A stretch of 64,000 nt of DNA from Escherichia phage Ecwhy_1. Of the stretch, positions 38,204 to 47,967 are shown piece by piece. Within the stretch, counting starts at the first letter, position 1, and every line of letters starts with the position of its first letter. The notes beneath the pieces are model-generated. The model made no database searches, was not told the origin of the DNA, and saw only the letters and a program-made list of their open reading frames with translations. The DNA lies in sequence record MH791411.1. One strand, 5' to 3'. A program made the translations under genes and the position numbers.

Positions 38204-38632
38204 TTAGTTAATAATAAAGGTAACTTCAGGATTCATTTCTGAAACTGCATTTCTCTTACTTCTATTCCATAGTACTCTATTGTTATATAATGAAGAATCA
38301 CAAATTATAAGTAAGCAATTCCTTAATCTACTTACAGTACTTTGATTACTTAAATCAGTTTCTGTAACAAAAAATACATTATCAGGAACTTCTACAGGAA
38401 TTGATTTATCAAAGAAGAAAACTACAATAGGTCTGTTTGTATGAACTAAATTAATAAAGTCTAAAATACTGTTATAAAATTCAGTTCCTTTGTTTAAACT
38501 TAATGGATCTTTGATTCTCTTCAAATAGGTCTGAACCAAATTATGATCGCTTTTGATTTGATACTCAAAATATTCTTTGAATAACATTTGTGTTAATTCA
38601 GATGTATTGGATATTTTCGTTGTGTTACTCAT
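38204..38632 (-). CDS. hypothetical protein
   Basis: 142-aa ORF with ATG start. Confidence 0.45.
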   Translation of the reverse strand: MSNTTKISNTSELTQMLFKEYFEYQIKSDHNLVQTYLKRIKDPLSLNKGTEFYNSILDFINLVHTNRPIVVFFFDKSIPVEVPDNVFFVTETDLSNQSTVSRLRNCLLIICDSSLYNNRVLWNRSKRNAVSEMNPEVTFIIN

Positions 38633-38769
38633 TCACTTCGTTCTCTCGTAACTCAAGAAGTCACTACGTTTACTTCGTAAACTAGTTCCTTCTGAAAATG
38701 ATAATGTACTTTAAAAGCTTGACGGGATTTGTTGAGGACTATTTCATCCCCCCGCAGGGGAATGAAGGT

Positions 38770-38796
38770 AATAAAAAAGAGACAATTAAGTCTCTC
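38770..38796 (-). terminator. rho-independent terminator ending the long non-coding region
   Basis: Hairpin agagac-aattaa-gtctct (38779-38796); on the minus strand followed by tttttta. Confidence 0.6.
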
Positions 38797-39322
38797 TTGA
38801 CGATGATGGCATCGGATATTATCGAATTGCGAATTTCTCAAATTTTGGACGGATCTTTCCTGTACCAAAATTTAGAGAGCGAAAGCGGGTTGCTCGGTTT
38901 CTCTCTATCGCAGTCATATGCAACGGTCGCTGGTCTTTTCATCAACAGCACTCAGTACTAAACTCTATTCGATCAAAGTAGTACCTGTTCTCAAATTTTG
39001 GACGCAACTTTCTTGTAAAATCGCGTCCACAATCCTTGAACTCCCTTAGCAAATTCGTAAGGTGCGAACCTTATACATCTATCTAGGAACTCTCTGTGTG
39101 CTTATTGGAGTTCTTTATACAGCCGTGTCGCCGTGATTCGTGGTCTTATCTCGTGTTTGTTTGATTGCCAGTACTCTAACAGGTTTCTTTTGCTGTTCGC
39201 TACAACGGTAAAGCTCATCTATCCTTTACATTTTCAAGAGAAGTAGGTTCTCATTATCCATTTTTCAATGTCCGTTGTCATTTTACAATATACATTATAT
39301 CACTAGGATGTATTATGTCCCG
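38797..39322 (-). other. structured non-coding region (candidate ncRNA or regulatory region)
   Basis: About 0.5 kb with no convincing ORF on either strand, visibly more G+C-rich than its flanks, with two related stem-loops (aaattttgg..ccaaaattt at 38840-38873; ttttggacgc..gcgtccacaa near 38993-39032), a long hairpin at 38873-38907, and a possible extended -10 (TGATATAAT on minus, plus 39294-39302). Confidence 0.3.
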
Positions 39323-39736
39323 TTACATGTATACCTTTTTCAAATCCTTGGAACAACGGTCAAAAATTGTGTTGATGAATTCGACATCCTCTTTGATATT
39401 GGAGTCTATAGCATCATTCTCGTTTCTTGTTGTGTTCCTGTATTTGTGTTCAGGGTGATTGTATACCACCTTGACTACATTATTTAGGTCTACAAAAAAT
39501 GACGATTTTTGCGTATAGGAAGCCTGAAGCTTGATGAGTTTACCATCGTTTTGTAGATTAGTCTTGTGAATTAGTTCTTCAATACCATCTAAATGGCTAT
39601 AGCTATCCTGTTCTTTGACGAATGTAACAGTTACCAGTACTGACTTCTCATCTCCAAAGTCAGAGATATTTTTAACAGCACTGATGATTTCTAAGTTTGA
39701 AAAATCTAATTCTTTTAGCATTACAAATATTTCCAC
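39323..39736 (-). CDS. hypothetical protein
   Basis: 137-aa ORF. Confidence 0.45.
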   Translation of the reverse strand: MEIFVMLKELDFSNLEIISAVKNISDFGDEKSVLVTVTFVKEQDSYSHLDGIEELIHKTNLQNDGKLIKLQASYTQKSSFFVDLNNVVKVVYNHPEHKYRNTTRNENDAIDSNIKEDVEFINTIFDRCSKDLKKVYM

Positions 39737-40077
39737 AAAGTTCGATAAGTGATAATTTCTTCTCTGGTAACAGAAACTTCATAGCACTTAACACCATCAG
39801 TTTCATTTCTGAATGGTTCTGCTGGTCTATCTTCTGTTAAACCTCGTTCATACGTACAATGATAATATTTGTTCGTGTTCATGTCAAGAAAAACTAGATC
39901 AAATTCTTCTGTCCATCGTCTATGCCCTTTACTTTCATTACTAATGATTTTGTACTTAACATCGGGATTGAATGATTCAGTACTGTCATCCCATGTACCA
40001 TAGTCAGTATATTCATCATCTTCATCTAACTCTGCCAGATGCCACATTAACTGCGGTAAAAAGATTTTAGATTTCAT
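39721..40077 (-). CDS. hypothetical protein
   Basis: 118-aa ORF; ATG at 40077 with GGAGAA RBS. Confidence 0.5.
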   Translation of the reverse strand: MKSKIFLPQLMWHLAELDEDDEYTDYGTWDDSTESFNPDVKYKIISNESKGHRRWTEEFDLVFLDMNTNKYYHCTYERGLTEDRPAEPFRNETDGVKCYEVSVTREEIITYRTLWKYL

Positions 40078-40088
40078 TTATTTTCTCC

Positions 40089-40120
40089 AAAAAAATAGGG
40101 ACTCGATTTCTCAAGTCCCT
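40089..40120 (-). terminator. rho-independent terminator after the HNH gene
   Basis: Hairpin agggact-(10 nt)-agtccct (40097-40120); on the minus strand followed by attttttt. Confidence 0.55.
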
Positions 40121-40131
40121 ATCATAACATA

Positions 40132-40743
40132 TTAATTGTGATTATTCAATTTCTTTTGTTCTTTTTTTAGAGCTTTCATATGTCGTCCAAAATCACGAAC
40201 ATGCCATATATGGTCGGTTTCCCATAGTTCTGTACGTAAACGGCGTTCTTCCAATTCTTCTGGCGTAGGAATTTTAGATTTCTTCTTATCTTTATTGAAA
40301 AAATCATTCATATGTTCTTCCAGTAGATTTCTACCCTTAACTTTTTCCAGGAATTCATCTACTGATTCAGTTTTATTAGAACGAAGACTGTTACAACGTG
40401 AACACATGGTGTTGTAATTTGACTCTAAATCAGGTCCACCCTTAGATGCTAGTTGGTTATGATCTACTGTCATCAGTACTTCATATAGACCACAAACTGC
40501 ATAGACATTTAAGTGAGGTTTACCATATACCGGATCAGTGCTATGTGAACGCTCAATGCGAACTTCAGTGGCTTCAATACCACACGCAACGCATTTACGA
40601 TTCTTAACGAATGTAAGTACTTTTTGTGGGAAGTATCGGAAAGTAACACCGTTATATGTATAGCGTTTCATCTGTGTACTTCTTTGATTTAACTCATCAA
40701 GAAGTGATAGTTTGGCAACATAGTAGACCTGATATTTTGACAT
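40132..40743 (-). CDS. HNH-family endonuclease (free-standing, possible homing endonuclease)
   Basis: 203 aa; CVACG ... VDHNQLASKGG ... NYNTMCSRCN gives the HNH motif with zinc-binding cysteines. Confidence 0.65.
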   Translation of the reverse strand: MSKYQVYYVAKLSLLDELNQRSTQMKRYTYNGVTFRYFPQKVLTFVKNRKCVACGIEATEVRIERSHSTDPVYGKPHLNVYAVCGLYEVLMTVDHNQLASKGGPDLESNYNTMCSRCNSLRSNKTESVDEFLEKVKGRNLLEEHMNDFFNKDKKKSKIPTPEELEERRLRTELWETDHIWHVRDFGRHMKALKKEQKKLNNHN

Positions 40744-40745
40744 TT

Positions 40746-41060
40746 TTAATCCTCGGATTTAATTTTAACCTTAACATCTTGATTTTGTAAATCACGAATA
40801 GTTTTAATTAATGCATCATGTTTTAGTGCACAGTCATTGTACATTGCATCCCATTTTACGAGTACTGCAAGAATTTCAGCACCATCATATCCTCTGAACC
40901 CGTTTTTATCGACCATGATTTTACTTGGTAGTGGTGTATTTTCGTCACAACGTTCAAGTAAGATTTCTTGTTCTACAATTGGCTTAGGTTGATACTTAAT
41001 TTCTTCAGCACAACCACTAATTAATAGAAAAGAAATTGCAAATACTAAAGCGTATTTCAT
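40746..41060 (-). CDS. outer-membrane spanin (o-spanin lipoprotein)
   Basis: 104 aa; signal peptide with lipobox LLISGC; directly downstream of and overlapping a TM plus coiled-coil protein. Confidence 0.55.
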   Translation of the reverse strand: MKYALVFAISFLLISGCAEEIKYQPKPIVEQEILLERCDENTPLPSKIMVDKNGFRGYDGAEILAVLVKWDAMYNDCALKHDALIKTIRDLQNQDVKVKIKSED

Positions 41061-41431
41061 TTGAATTTATTCCTCGCTGCAAGGGAATTCTGTTTAAGTT
41101 CATTCAGAAGTTTAACGCCATCTTCATCTAGACATACGTTTTTGTAAACTTCTCTTTCTACTATAATAGGCACTTGTGTCTCAATAACTTTAGCATTATC
41201 TTGCATTATCTTTTTGGTTTCTATATAGTTTTTTGCATTTTCTTGCTGCATCTTAGCGAGTGCAGAATCAACTTTCTTTTCTATTTTTTGGTCAATACTT
41301 TCTTTATAACCAGTATAATAAGTATTTGCTGACCATCCACCGTAAACACAACCTGCCATTACTCCTACTACCAAAATTGGTTTCCAATATGGTATTAAAA
41401 CTTTTGAAACAATAATTTCTAGTACACTCAT
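41057..41431 (-). CDS. inner-membrane spanin (i-spanin)
   Basis: 124 aa; N-terminal TM helix (ILVVGVMAGCVYGGW) followed by a charged coiled-coil-like periplasmic domain; stop overlaps the o-spanin start. Confidence 0.5.
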   Translation of the reverse strand: MSVLEIIVSKVLIPYWKPILVVGVMAGCVYGGWSANTYYTGYKESIDQKIEKKVDSALAKMQQENAKNYIETKKIMQDNAKVIETQVPIIVEREVYKNVCLDEDGVKLLNELKQNSLAARNKFK

Positions 41432-41484
41432 AATAACATCTCCTATAGTTGGTAATATTATTTAGAGTGTACTATATTATATGT

Positions 41485-41901
41485 TTACAACATTTTTTGA
41501 ATATGATCTACGAGTTTATACAGTTTAGTGTTTTCATTCTCGTATTCCAAATCAACTTCAACTTTGAATTCTTCTTCAAGTTCCATGATCATTTCAATCC
41601 AGTCAAGCCAATCGAATTTAAATTTTTCCACGACTTCACATTTAGTAAGATGGAAGTTCATTGATACATCTTTTTCGGATGCATTTTTGTCGCGACTTGT
41701 AATGAATTTGACAATTGCTTTTTCAACGTCAGTTAATTCACGAGTGCGATATTCTGGTTCAAGATACCATTCGCCATTATTGATAGCTTCCAACGAAAGT
41801 CTAAGTTCATGCATTAGTTTATAACGATCAGTACTTTTATGGATGCGGTTAACTTCGCGATTCAGTACACGTAGTGCGTCTTTGATTTGTTCGTTTAGCA
41901 T
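41485..41901 (-). CDS. hypothetical protein
   Basis: Track start 41940 overlaps the upstream gene; the ATG at 41901 has an AAGAGGA RBS. Confidence 0.45.
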   Translation of the reverse strand: MLNEQIKDALRVLNREVNRIHKSTDRYKLMHELRLSLEAINNGEWYLEPEYRTRELTDVEKAIVKFITSRDKNASEKDVSMNFHLTKCEVVEKFKFDWLDWIEMIMELEEEFKVEVDLEYENENTKLYKLVDHIQKML

Positions 41902-41911
41902 AACAATCCTC

Positions 41912-43150
41912 TTATTTTTTACTGTACCATTGCATTTCACGGATATCTAATAGTACCTTCGTAGCCAACTTTATGTTTGGTCGCTTCGGTAGATGGGTCT
42001 TATGATACGCCACATTTCGGATGTAGTCAACCTTTTCGTTGAAATAATCCATAACTTCTTGATACAACCACTTCCCGTTACGAATGTCCATCAACATAGC
42101 AGCATCCGGTCGGTGAACTTGGATGATACCAGTTTCAAGTGCTTCCTGTGCTGTATTCAGCAGCCTGACTGTATGCATTGCGTGTTTACAATCATAACCG
42201 TGGTGTGATTCAAGAATAGCACGTTTGGCATTACGATTCTGCTTCCATTTGTGATAACTCTTACGGTTCTCACTATTTTCTTTGTATTCTTTTTCATTGA
42301 ATTTTACAATGAGTTCAGGACGAACTTTCAATTCTTCTGTAGTACGTTCTTTGTTGAAGTAACGTAGTGAACCATCAGCATTCACTGTACTTTCATTCGG
42401 GTTGATAATTACCCCAAAGATGTTTTCACCGTAATGGATTAGTTCATATCCAGAATTGTAATTCAATAAATTGAAATCACGATCTAATACTTTATCAGTA
42501 CTATAATTATGTACTAAACGTACAAAATGATATTGTTTCAATGCTTGTGTTGAAACTAATTGTAATGAAGTATCACGCATGTATTTTTCAAAATCAATTT
42601 TTGTAGCATTGAATGGGTGAAGATTGGATTTATTCAAACGGTCAACCAAATACTGCGGAAATGTATCATACATCCATGAAAGTACTTCGTCAACTGGATG
42701 TTCTTCTAAAATTTCATTTAGTTTACGTTCAGCAATTCGTTCCTTATCGAGCCAGCCGTGGTGATTAGACATACGCTTAACCTGATTGTATGCATATCCA
42801 CTGTATGAGTGTGCAATCTTTGAACTCAATAATTGCTGATTGAATGAGCGTAGATAGTCATAGATTTCAGTACTTTCTACGATGTGTTCCGGTTTAACCC
42901 ATAGTGATTCAAGAATGTTTGGGTTAGCTTCAGTATACAGACTTAAGTACTGATTGATTTCATAAAATTTAGTATCTTCTTCAGAAGTATCTGAAACTTC
43001 CTTAACATTAAAAAAAGGAGTTAGGATATATTCTTTGTTTGCAAGGAAGATACCACGATAATCTGTATCACTTTCTGGTGTGCTTGTGCCATACGCCTGT
43101 GAACCAGCTAAGTGTTTCACAATAGTTTGTTCTAGAAAATTGTTTTTCAT
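41912..43150 (-). CDS. Pol-beta-superfamily nucleotidyltransferase
   Basis: 412 aa; N-terminal GSQAYGTSTPESDTDYRGIF fits the GS-x(9-13)-DxD nucleotidyltransferase signature. Substrate unknown. Confidence 0.6.
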   Translation of the reverse strand: MKNNFLEQTIVKHLAGSQAYGTSTPESDTDYRGIFLANKEYILTPFFNVKEVSDTSEEDTKFYEINQYLSLYTEANPNILESLWVKPEHIVESTEIYDYLRSFNQQLLSSKIAHSYSGYAYNQVKRMSNHHGWLDKERIAERKLNEILEEHPVDEVLSWMYDTFPQYLVDRLNKSNLHPFNATKIDFEKYMRDTSLQLVSTQALKQYHFVRLVHNYSTDKVLDRDFNLLNYNSGYELIHYGENIFGVIINPNESTVNADGSLRYFNKERTTEELKVRPELIVKFNEKEYKENSENRKSYHKWKQNRNAKRAILESHHGYDCKHAMHTVRLLNTAQEALETGIIQVHRPDAAMLMDIRNGKWLYQEVMDYFNEKVDYIRNVAYHKTHLPKRPNIKLATKVLLDIREMQWYSKK

Positions 43151-43548
43151 AAGTAAATCGTTAACTCCTTTAGAAAACCATTATAGTATCGTTTAAAATC
43201 ATGATCCAGTACTTGATAGTCATTGTAACTAAATCCAAGATTGATGATGGTATCTTCTTGGAAGAATTTCTCTTCATTCATTACTTCGATGGGTTCGTAT
43301 TCTTTCCCACCTTTACATACTTTAGTAAAGAACATACCATCATTGTTAATTTCAACGTACATGAAATTATTTTCTGGATCTCGTGGACACACAATGTTTA
43401 GTGAACTTGTCCCATTGTTATTATATTCGTATGAAATAATATCAAAAGAATCGATGCCATAACATTTGGACTTTTCTTTGTCACCAAAGACTTTTCTATC
43501 TGTACTCATATTGCGTATAGTACTGTAGATATCATCGATTGTAGTCAT
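43147..43548 (-). CDS. hypothetical protein
   Basis: 133-aa ORF. Confidence 0.45.
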   Translation of the reverse strand: MTTIDDIYSTIRNMSTDRKVFGDKEKSKCYGIDSFDIISYEYNNNGTSSLNIVCPRDPENNFMYVEINNDGMFFTKVCKGGKEYEPIEVMNEEKFFQEDTIINLGFSYNDYQVLDHDFKRYYNGFLKELTIYL

Positions 43549-43550
43549 AA

Positions 43551-44060
43551 TTAACCACCGTACTTTGACTTATATGTTTCTAAAGATAAAGAAATGCGAT
43601 TTTGCTTTTTAATTCTTTCATCAATATCCTTTGAATTCTTAACACTTCTGTATACATCAGCTAATAAATTATAATCTTCTTTATTTGAGCTATGTAATGC
43701 CCAACCTATATCTGTTTTGATTCGAACATATGCTTTATTTGATGTGAAATAAAAATTGAATCCGTTAGACCCATCAAAAATATCATAAGTATTTACCCAA
43801 TCTCCATAAGGAAAACTCATTGGTACTGACTCATAATCAATGGTGATATCCGATAAATTTTTAGAACAGTACTTTACAAAGTGGTAAACAATCGGATCAC
43901 ATTTTGATAATTCGTATTTGTATTCAATGATAGTTTTTCTATTAGTATCATTGATGGCATATTCTTTTATCAATGGACTTTTTTTGATGATAAGAGTCCA
44001 TAGAAACGATTCTAATCCAGTTTCATCAACTTTTTCTTTCTTTTTGAAAAATGAAATCAT
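43551..44060 (-). CDS. hypothetical protein, tandem paralogue 3 of 3
   Basis: 169 aa; shares the N-terminal pattern T-x2-(D)R-x3-I/L-E-x-KY-x-LSK with the two upstream genes. Confidence 0.5.
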   Translation of the reverse strand: MISFFKKKEKVDETGLESFLWTLIIKKSPLIKEYAINDTNRKTIIEYKYELSKCDPIVYHFVKYCSKNLSDITIDYESVPMSFPYGDWVNTYDIFDGSNGFNFYFTSNKAYVRIKTDIGWALHSSNKEDYNLLADVYRSVKNSKDIDERIKKQNRISLSLETYKSKYGG

Positions 44061-44578
44061 TTATATAAACCCTTAATTTTCTGTCTATTATGTATATCAT
44101 TTTGCTGAATTTTCAAATTAGTAAGATTGTGTCTTACACCTTCAACGCCACGCATTATTTGTAACATAATTAGTGATTCGTCATATGTTAGAACATTGCT
44201 ATTATTATCGATATATACTTTCACTCCACTTTCAAGATAATCATTTTCTTTGGAGTTAAAGTTTCTAATAGCAAACTTAACGCCATTTGTTGCATCACTG
44301 AATACATATCGTTCCGCACCGTAGAATGTTTTTCCACGAAATAAACCGCCTTCTTCAAACTTCCAACGACTGGATTCATAATCATTAACGTAATCAATGA
44401 TTAATGGTAGCAAAGGGTGTTTGCTCAATTTATATTTTGCTTCTAACAGAACACGACGATCTTGATCTGTATTGATGATATCTTTAAGTGTGAAACTTTT
44501 TGATATAATTTTAAAGATAATTTCATGCCAAATTAAAGTACTGTTTTGTTTTCCAACTGGGCCAAAAAACATATTCAT
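44057..44578 (-). CDS. hypothetical protein, tandem paralogue 2 of 3
   Basis: 173 aa; TDQDRRVLLEAKYKLSK motif. Confidence 0.5.
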   Translation of the reverse strand: MNMFFGPVGKQNSTLIWHEIIFKIISKSFTLKDIINTDQDRRVLLEAKYKLSKHPLLPLIIDYVNDYESSRWKFEEGGLFRGKTFYGAERYVFSDATNGVKFAIRNFNSKENDYLESGVKVYIDNNSNVLTYDESLIMLQIMRGVEGVRHNLTNLKIQQNDIHNRQKIKGLYK

Positions 44579-44584
44579 TCCTCA

Positions 44585-45151
44585 TTAGTATAAATCAGTA
44601 ATGTCTTTGTATGCATTAATCTGTTTTTGTTGTAATGAAAGTTCATTGAGTTTAGTTACCATTTTATCTACACCAACACGTATATAGAAAATAATAAATG
44701 AATCTAACTTGCCTAGAGTAATTCTTGAACTGTAAGTTGAAAGTTTTCTTGCATAAACATAAATTTCTTCTTCACTTGGTAAACGTTTCTCAATCAGCAA
44801 GTTTTCCACACCATTCGGCTCATAATCAATCTCGAACTCTACGCCTATCACAGTATCTTGAATGATATCAGTATATGAACCACCGAAAAAAAACTCTCTT
44901 GGTTTGGTTCTCCAACGAGGACTAAATGGGTCAGATGCGTATTCTTTTACAAATTTGTAAAAGGACATTTTACTGAGCATATACTTCATCTCAATTAGTG
45001 CTTTGCGGTCATCATCAGTTTTAAACTCTGCTTTGAGCGATGGACTTTTACACAGTAACTTAACTAAATTGTTGTACATCTTTAATGTACGTTGGTCTTT
45101 CATTTCTTGGATTTTGTGACGCTTTGGTGGTGGTAGTAAAGATTTGACCAT
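44585..45151 (-). CDS. hypothetical protein, tandem paralogue 1 of 3
   Basis: 188 aa; TDDDRKALIEMKYMLSK motif. Confidence 0.5.
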   Translation of the reverse strand: MVKSLLPPPKRHKIQEMKDQRTLKMYNNLVKLLCKSPSLKAEFKTDDDRKALIEMKYMLSKMSFYKFVKEYASDPFSPRWRTKPREFFFGGSYTDIIQDTVIGVEFEIDYEPNGVENLLIEKRLPSEEEIYVYARKLSTYSSRITLGKLDSFIIFYIRVGVDKMVTKLNELSLQQKQINAYKDITDLY

Positions 45152-45184
45152 AATTTCCTCCTGTATTTTCTAGCATTATACACA

Positions 45185-45214
45185 TAAAAGAAAAGCCCGT
45201 CAATAGACGAGCTT
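45185..45214 (-). terminator. rho-independent terminator after a fibre gene
   Basis: Hairpin aagcccgtc-aata-gacgagctt (45193-45214, one mismatch); on the minus strand followed by ttttctttt. Confidence 0.6.
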
Positions 45215-45221
45215 AAAATTT

Positions 45222-47951
45222 TTAATGCCAACGTGTACCAGAGCTTGAAGGAACACCAGTACTTGCGGGGATAGCAGAACCACGCTTGGTCGTACTAGGT
45301 CTGTATGTCAAGAATCGGGTTACCTTTTCAGTATCAATTGACGTAATACTCGTACTTCCAGTAACAATATCACCAACATATACGTTTGTCAATGTCTCAT
45401 CAAGAAGAGTTGTACTGATAACGTATGCCGCTTTTCTTGTGTTACGGTTCATTTGAATGTAAAGATAAAAAGTACTGTTAGCTGGGTTAGTTTTAATAGT
45501 ACTTAATTCTATGGTTTGAATCGCCAATCTATCAAACATACCACCAAGGAATACCGGAACTTCACGGGTGAAGTACACAGTGAAACCTTCAGCAACATCT
45601 TGTGAAACTACTACGATTTTATCTTGTACAGTTCCTGAACCATCAATCAACCCATCCATCTGTGCTGATGTTGTCCCAAAGAGACTAAACACTGCTTTAG
45701 TTTGATAATCTGAATCTTGAAGATGATAGTATCCAAATCCAACACCTGGTATAACTCCGTGCTGGAATGCATTGCCATTATCTATGTAGCTGGATGACAT
45801 AAATCGGTTAGATGTAATCAAACCATTCACTGTTTTAGCAATCATCAATTTGAATTGAGCATTACCAGGTTGTGAAAACTGATGAACTGCATCAACACCA
45901 ATATAACCAAAACCAGAATACTTAGCAACAGTTAGACCAGTACAGCGTTTCATATAGGCTTCGGTTACAATACCTGTTACAGAATTAAGTGTTTCGTATC
46001 TAGAACTCACCATAGACGCAGAACTAATATTGGTTCCTGAAACCGTGACATCAACTTCAGAATATATTGCATAACCTTGGTTATTTCCTAAGTTATATGC
46101 AGAAACCACCGCAATAGATTTTGAGAAAGAACTATCTGGTACATAATATAAAGCAATTTTACCAGAAAATGCTCCTACTATTCCAATATTAGCAAGTATT
46201 TCTTGTTTTAATGTTTCCAGAACATTATCACCAATTGTATAAGAACCATCAAATTCTAAAGTATCTGGGTTAAACAAACCACCACTTGTTTTGTATACAC
46301 CTTCAATGAATGATGTCCCATAACATTTAACTGAACCGTCAGTATCAATTAGTGAAATCATACCTGTATATTTGAAATCATCACCAAGACGAGTTCGGTT
46401 AGCTTGTGGTGCAAAACCATTAAGTGTTGTATTGTTTTGTACTGAATTGAACTGGAAGGTTGGATCAGTACCAATTTCAGAAAATACTGTATTGTTATAA
46501 CCATATGACTCATCTTCATATGTTCCAGAACATGCTAACAGTACTTTACGTTTATCAATAAAACGTGTTCCTAAAAGGTTTTCACCTACTGCACTACCAT
46601 ATGTTGGGGCAACGTTTACAAATTTAGAATTGTTCGCTTTGCGAGTACTGGCAACCCAACTATCATATGGTGTTCCTGTTACGTTATAAACCTGAATACC
46701 ATAGGTTTCAGAAGAACTCCAACGAGCACGTGTGCTGAATACTAAACCGTCATAGGTTTGGCATATAGAACCAACGTTACCTAATTGTGGAACACCTAAC
46801 TGTGTACCCATGAAGTTATTCATCTCAATGGCAAATGGGTTTGTTAGTGTGAATCCATCAACATCATTATATTCCGCTGCTATTGGTGCTCTACTACTTC
46901 CATCAATTGATAATGATTTAGAGTTGATAGTATAAACAAAACTAAAACCACTAGCATAAACAGTACTAATATATAGATTTGATACTAAACGGTTAGTTGG
47001 GAATAATGTAATTCTAATCTTTGATAAATCTGGACTTACGTTTGCTTGTATATTATAATCTGTATAATCTGAATATTCAACTCGTGTAACTGGTGAAGTG
47101 CATTCAAATAATGAATCACTACTAGTTCCAACTGAATATAATCTTTCATAAATTTTCAAATTATTAGCACTTGTGTAGTTAACACTTCTTAAGGTTTGAC
47201 CAGAAAAACCAGTAACCTTAGCAAAAGTACTCATAGTACCATCTTTAATACTACTTGTATTAACAGTATATAATGTTAAAGCCAAACCATAGTTTGCTAT
47301 AGTAGTGTCTTTGCACCACACAAATACTTTATCATTAACGATATGTGCATACAATGGTTTATCTGTACCAAATGATGTAGCAGCGATAGAAGCGTGAATA
47401 TGTGCAACTTCGTTAAATGTACCATTTGTTAAAGTGAAAATATAATTACTTGCACTAGATAGGCTAACTAGTAATTCATAACCATTCGTTCCGATGAACT
47501 GTTTAACATTTTCAGTACTTGGAAGAATTCTAGGATGATATTTTGATGTAGTACTGATAACACTACTTTGTGTTAGTGCATCAATATTACGCAAATCACG
47601 AATGAATGCATAGTAATATCCTTCAGTACTACCATTTGTACCAGCACGTAATACCACACCAGTACCATCATCTTCGACTATTGTTGGTTGCATACGGTAT
47701 ACATCTGAAAGCGACGTTGCCCCTTCGTATGAACCATTAACGTTTAATGGTAGATAATCCATTTCCCCTATACGGGAGATTGGTAACATATCAAGTATTT
47801 TTTGAACTTCTGATCTTTTATAAATTGGATAGTCAACAATACCTGTATTTGCGTCTGGTGCTGTACCATTAAAAGTACGCATAGCGTACTTTCCACCAAT
47901 TGCCAAATTTCCAAGTATAGCAGCACTACCAATGATGCGTTTGGATGACAT
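45222..47951 (-). CDS. tail fibre / receptor-binding protein, paralogue 1
   Basis: 909 aa; conserved N-terminal (LPISRIGEMDYLP) and C-terminal (TYRPSTTKRGSAIPASTG ... GTRWH) modules shared with 47968..48555 and 48568..51264; Asn/Ser/Thr/Gly-rich centre. Confidence 0.7.
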   Translation of the reverse strand: MSSKRIIGSAAILGNLAIGGKYAMRTFNGTAPDANTGIVDYPIYKRSEVQKILDMLPISRIGEMDYLPLNVNGSYEGATSLSDVYRMQPTIVEDDGTGVVLRAGTNGSTEGYYYAFIRDLRNIDALTQSSVISTTSKYHPRILPSTENVKQFIGTNGYELLVSLSSASNYIFTLTNGTFNEVAHIHASIAATSFGTDKPLYAHIVNDKVFVWCKDTTIANYGLALTLYTVNTSSIKDGTMSTFAKVTGFSGQTLRSVNYTSANNLKIYERLYSVGTSSDSLFECTSPVTRVEYSDYTDYNIQANVSPDLSKIRITLFPTNRLVSNLYISTVYASGFSFVYTINSKSLSIDGSSRAPIAAEYNDVDGFTLTNPFAIEMNNFMGTQLGVPQLGNVGSICQTYDGLVFSTRARWSSSETYGIQVYNVTGTPYDSWVASTRKANNSKFVNVAPTYGSAVGENLLGTRFIDKRKVLLACSGTYEDESYGYNNTVFSEIGTDPTFQFNSVQNNTTLNGFAPQANRTRLGDDFKYTGMISLIDTDGSVKCYGTSFIEGVYKTSGGLFNPDTLEFDGSYTIGDNVLETLKQEILANIGIVGAFSGKIALYYVPDSSFSKSIAVVSAYNLGNNQGYAIYSEVDVTVSGTNISSASMVSSRYETLNSVTGIVTEAYMKRCTGLTVAKYSGFGYIGVDAVHQFSQPGNAQFKLMIAKTVNGLITSNRFMSSSYIDNGNAFQHGVIPGVGFGYYHLQDSDYQTKAVFSLFGTTSAQMDGLIDGSGTVQDKIVVVSQDVAEGFTVYFTREVPVFLGGMFDRLAIQTIELSTIKTNPANSTFYLYIQMNRNTRKAAYVISTTLLDETLTNVYVGDIVTGSTSITSIDTEKVTRFLTYRPSTTKRGSAIPASTGVPSSSGTRWH

Positions 47952-47967
47952 ATTCTTTTTCCTTTAA

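Noticed and set aside
38653-38961. ORFs 38653..38868 (-) and 38698..38961 (+) in the long intergenic region
   Set aside because: Both cross strong hairpins and a terminator, lack RBS, and the region has the character of structured RNA/DNA rather than coding sequence.
38640-39320. tRNA genes, expected because a CCA-adding enzyme is present
   Set aside because: I looked for T-loop (GTTCRANYC) and acceptor/D-arm patterns on both strands of this and other intergenic regions and found no convincing cloverleaf; a computational scan is still needed.
41485-41940. Acyl-carrier-protein-like C-terminus (DWLDWIEMIMELEEEF) in 41485..41901
   Set aside because: It resembles the ACP helix II region but lacks the phosphopantetheine-attachment Ser of the DSL motif; probably coincidental or a non-functional ACP-like fold.
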